A DNA stretch of 64,000 nt from Eledone cirrhosa (lineage: Eukaryota). This document shows, piece by piece, positions 62,201 to 64,000 of this stretch. The notes below the pieces were generated by a model, which did not search any database, was not told where the DNA came from, and saw nothing but the letters and a program-made list of their open reading frames with translations. The stretch is from assembly GCA_964016885.1 (NCBI GenBank), contig OZ024743.1, positions 131,688,001-131,752,000 of the forward strand. Direction: 5' to 3'. Position 1 is the first letter of the stretch. Every line of letters begins with the position of its first letter. Position numbers and translations under genes: made by a program.

Positions 62201-64000
62201 CTTGGTGCTTGGTGCTTGGTGATTAGTGTTTGGTGCTTGGTGCTTGGTGCCTGGTGCTTGGTGCTTGGTGCTTGTTGTTTGATGCTTGGTGCTTGGTGTT
62301 TAGTGTTTGGTGCTTGGTGCTTGGGGTTTGGTGTTTGGTGCTTGGGGTTTGGTGTTTGGTGCTTGGTGCTTGGTGTTTGGTGCATGGTGCTTGGTGTTTG
62401 GTGCTTGGTGCTTTGTGTTTGATGCTTGGTGTTTGGTGCTTGGTGCTTGATGCTTGGTGCTTGGTGTTAGGTGTTTGGTGCTTGGTGCTTGGTGTTTGAT
62501 GTTTGGTCCTTGGTGCTTGGTGTTTGGTGTTTGGTGCTTGGTGCTAGGTGTTTTGTGAGTGGTGCTTGCTGCTTGGTGCTTGGTGTTTTGTGTTAGGAGT
62601 TTGGTGCTTGATGTTTGGTGCTTCGGTCTTGGTGCTTGGTGTTTGGTGTTTGGTGTTTGGTGTATGGTGCTTGGTGCTTGGTGTTTGGTGCTTCGTGCTT
62701 GGTGCTTGGTGTTTGGTGCATGGTGCTTTGTGTTTGCTGCTAGGTGCTTGGTGCTTGGTGTTAGGCGTTTGGTGCTTGGTGCTTGGTGTTTGATGTTTGG
62801 TCCTTGGTGCTTGGTGTTTGGTATTTGGTGCTTGGTGCTTGGTGTTTGGTGTTTGGTGCTTGCTGCTTGCTGCTTGGTGTTTGGTGCTTGGTGATTGGTG
62901 CTTGGTGTTTTGTGCTTGGTGCTTGGTGTTTGGTGTTTGGTGCTAGGGACTTGGTGCTTGGTGCTTGGTGTTTGGTGCTTGGTGCTTGGTGTTTGGTGTT
63001 TGGTGCTTGGTGCGTGGGACTTGGTGTTTGGTGCTTGGTGTTTGGTGCTTGGTGTTTGGTGCTTGGTGCTTGGTACTTGGTGTTTGGTGTTTGGTGCTTG
63101 GTATTTGGTGATTGGTGCTTGGTGCTTGGTGTTTAGTGCTTGGTGCTTGGTGTTTGGTACTTGGTGCTTGGTGTTTGGTCTTTGGTGCTTGGTGTTTGGT
63201 GCTTGGTGCTTGGTGCTTGGTGCTTGGTGTTAAGTGTTTGGGGCTTGGTGCTTGGTGCATGGTGCTTGGTGTTTGGTGCTTGGTGCCTGGTGCTTGGTGT
63301 TTGTTGCTTGGTGCTTGGTGCTTTGTGTTTGGTGCTTGGTGTTTGGTGCTTGGTGCTTGGTGTTTGGTGCTTGGTTTTTGGTGCTTGGTGTTCGGTGCTT
63401 GGTGCTTGGTGCTTGGTGCTTGGTGTTAGGTGTTTGGTGCTTGGTGCTTGGTGTTTGATGTTTGGTCCTTGGTGCTTGGTGTTTGGTGCTTGGTGCTTGG
63501 TGTTTGGTGTTTGGTGCTTTGTGCTTGGTGTTTGGTGCTGGGTGTATGGTGTTTGGTGCTTGGTGCTTGGTGCTTGGTGTTTGGTGTTTGGTGCTTGGTA
63601 CTTGGTGTTTGGTGTTTGATGCTTGGTGTTTGATGCTTGTTGCTTGGTGCTTGGTGTTTTGTGTTTGGTGTTTGGTGCTTGGTGTATGTACTTGGTGCTT
63701 GGTGATTGGTGTTTGGTGCTTGGTTCTTGGTTTTTGGTGCTTGGTGCTTGGTGCTTGGTGTTTGGTGCTTGGTGCTTGGTGTTTGGTGCTTGGTGTTTGG
63801 TGTTTGGTGCTTGGTGTTTGGTACTTGGTGCTTGGTGCTTGGTGTTAAGTGTTTGGTGCTTGGTGCTTGGTGTTTGGTGCTTGGTGCTTGGTGCTTGGTG
63901 TTTGGTGAATGGTGCTTGGTGTTTGGGGCTTGGTGCCTGGTGCTTTGTGTTTGGTGCTAGGTGCTTGGTGCTTGGTCTTTGGTGTTTGGTGCTTGGTGCT
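62190..64000 (+). repeat. Third, partial and non-adjacent copy of the distal half of the 3708-bp unit (offset 6750-6757 from about 55440-57250)
   Basis: ORF pairs 55480/62230 and 55798/62548 (6750), 56477/63234 and 56949/63706 (6757). It shares the private markers gtgagtgg (about 62555), gctagggac (about 62942) and ggtgaatgg (about 63905). Confidence 0.92.

Larger units (their letters stand above)
5280..64000 (+). repeat. 7-bp satellite array, G/T-rich orientation (TTGGTG[C/T])n, about 8,400 monomers; runs off the right edge of the window
   Basis: Seen directly: uninterrupted ttggtgc/ttggtgt units with single-base variants (ttgctgt, ttgttgt, ttgatgc, ttggtga, ctggtgc, taggtgt, ttggggc). No non-repeat island was found. 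Confidence 0.99.

Noticed and set aside
576-63960. Hundreds of ORFs encoding (WCLVLGA/WCLVFGV)n or (TKHQAPS/TKHQTPN)n, up to 985 aa
   Set aside because: A 7-bp unit gives the same heptapeptide in all three frames of a strand, and neither strand consensus contains a stop codon. The ORFs overlap in all six frames, begin and end at chance variants, and show no codon-position bias or unique domain.
5280-64000. CRISPR array or other repeat-spacer system
   Set aside because: There are no unique spacers, no 23-50 bp constant repeat, no leader and no cas genes.
5280-64000. Direct product of ongoing telomerase or defence-associated reverse-transcriptase (rolling-circle, never-ending ORF) synthesis
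   Set aside because: Rare variants are inherited in kb-scale ordered blocks, which indicates DNA-level duplication rather than fresh copying from a short fixed RNA template. No RT gene or template is present in the window.
1-64000. Bacterial heptamer repeats (cyanobacterial STRR-type)
   Set aside because: Those are short intergenic tracts between genes. A gene-free array of at least 64 kb with higher-order structure does not fit.
5280-64000. Canonical G-quadruplex array
   Set aside because: The consensus has only GG runs with 5-nt loops. GGG/GGGG variants are isolated and I did not see four of them clustered, so at most weak two-tier structures are possible.

Overview
The whole 64 kb window is one 7-bp tandem-repeat (satellite) array, about 9,100 monomers (64000/7), with consensus TTGGTG[C/T]. 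The reverse complement is CACCAA[G/A]. I see no unique sequence, real gene, RNA gene, transposon or CRISPR array. All ORFs in the track are artefacts: the 7-mer has no stop codon in any frame, giving WCLV[L/F]G[A/V] on one strand and TKHQ[A/T]P[S/N] on the other. The array does have internal structure. (1) There is a single seamless polarity switch at 5279/5280 (CACCAAG-TA-TTTGGTG). It falls on a rare GTA-containing variant monomer and turns the locus into a spacer-less quasi-palindrome. (2) Rare variant monomers reveal nested, mosaic higher-order repeats, with offsets of 1168, 1385, 1630, 1637, 2149-2387, 3708, 3968-3989, 6750, 7059, about 7500 and 14808 bp. (3) The 7-bp register is almost perfectly kept; in the distal region tested it is broken only by two heritable indel markers, 6-nt ATGTAC and 8-nt TTAAGTGT. 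(4) Variant families are layered: the 5.6-8.7 kb zone matches the 57-62 kb zone on the far side of a more homogeneous central expansion. The most likely source is eukaryotic heterochromatic satellite DNA (pericentromeric, centromeric or subtelomeric). The organism cannot be identified from the sequence. Coordinates of duplication ends were read by eye and are approximate.
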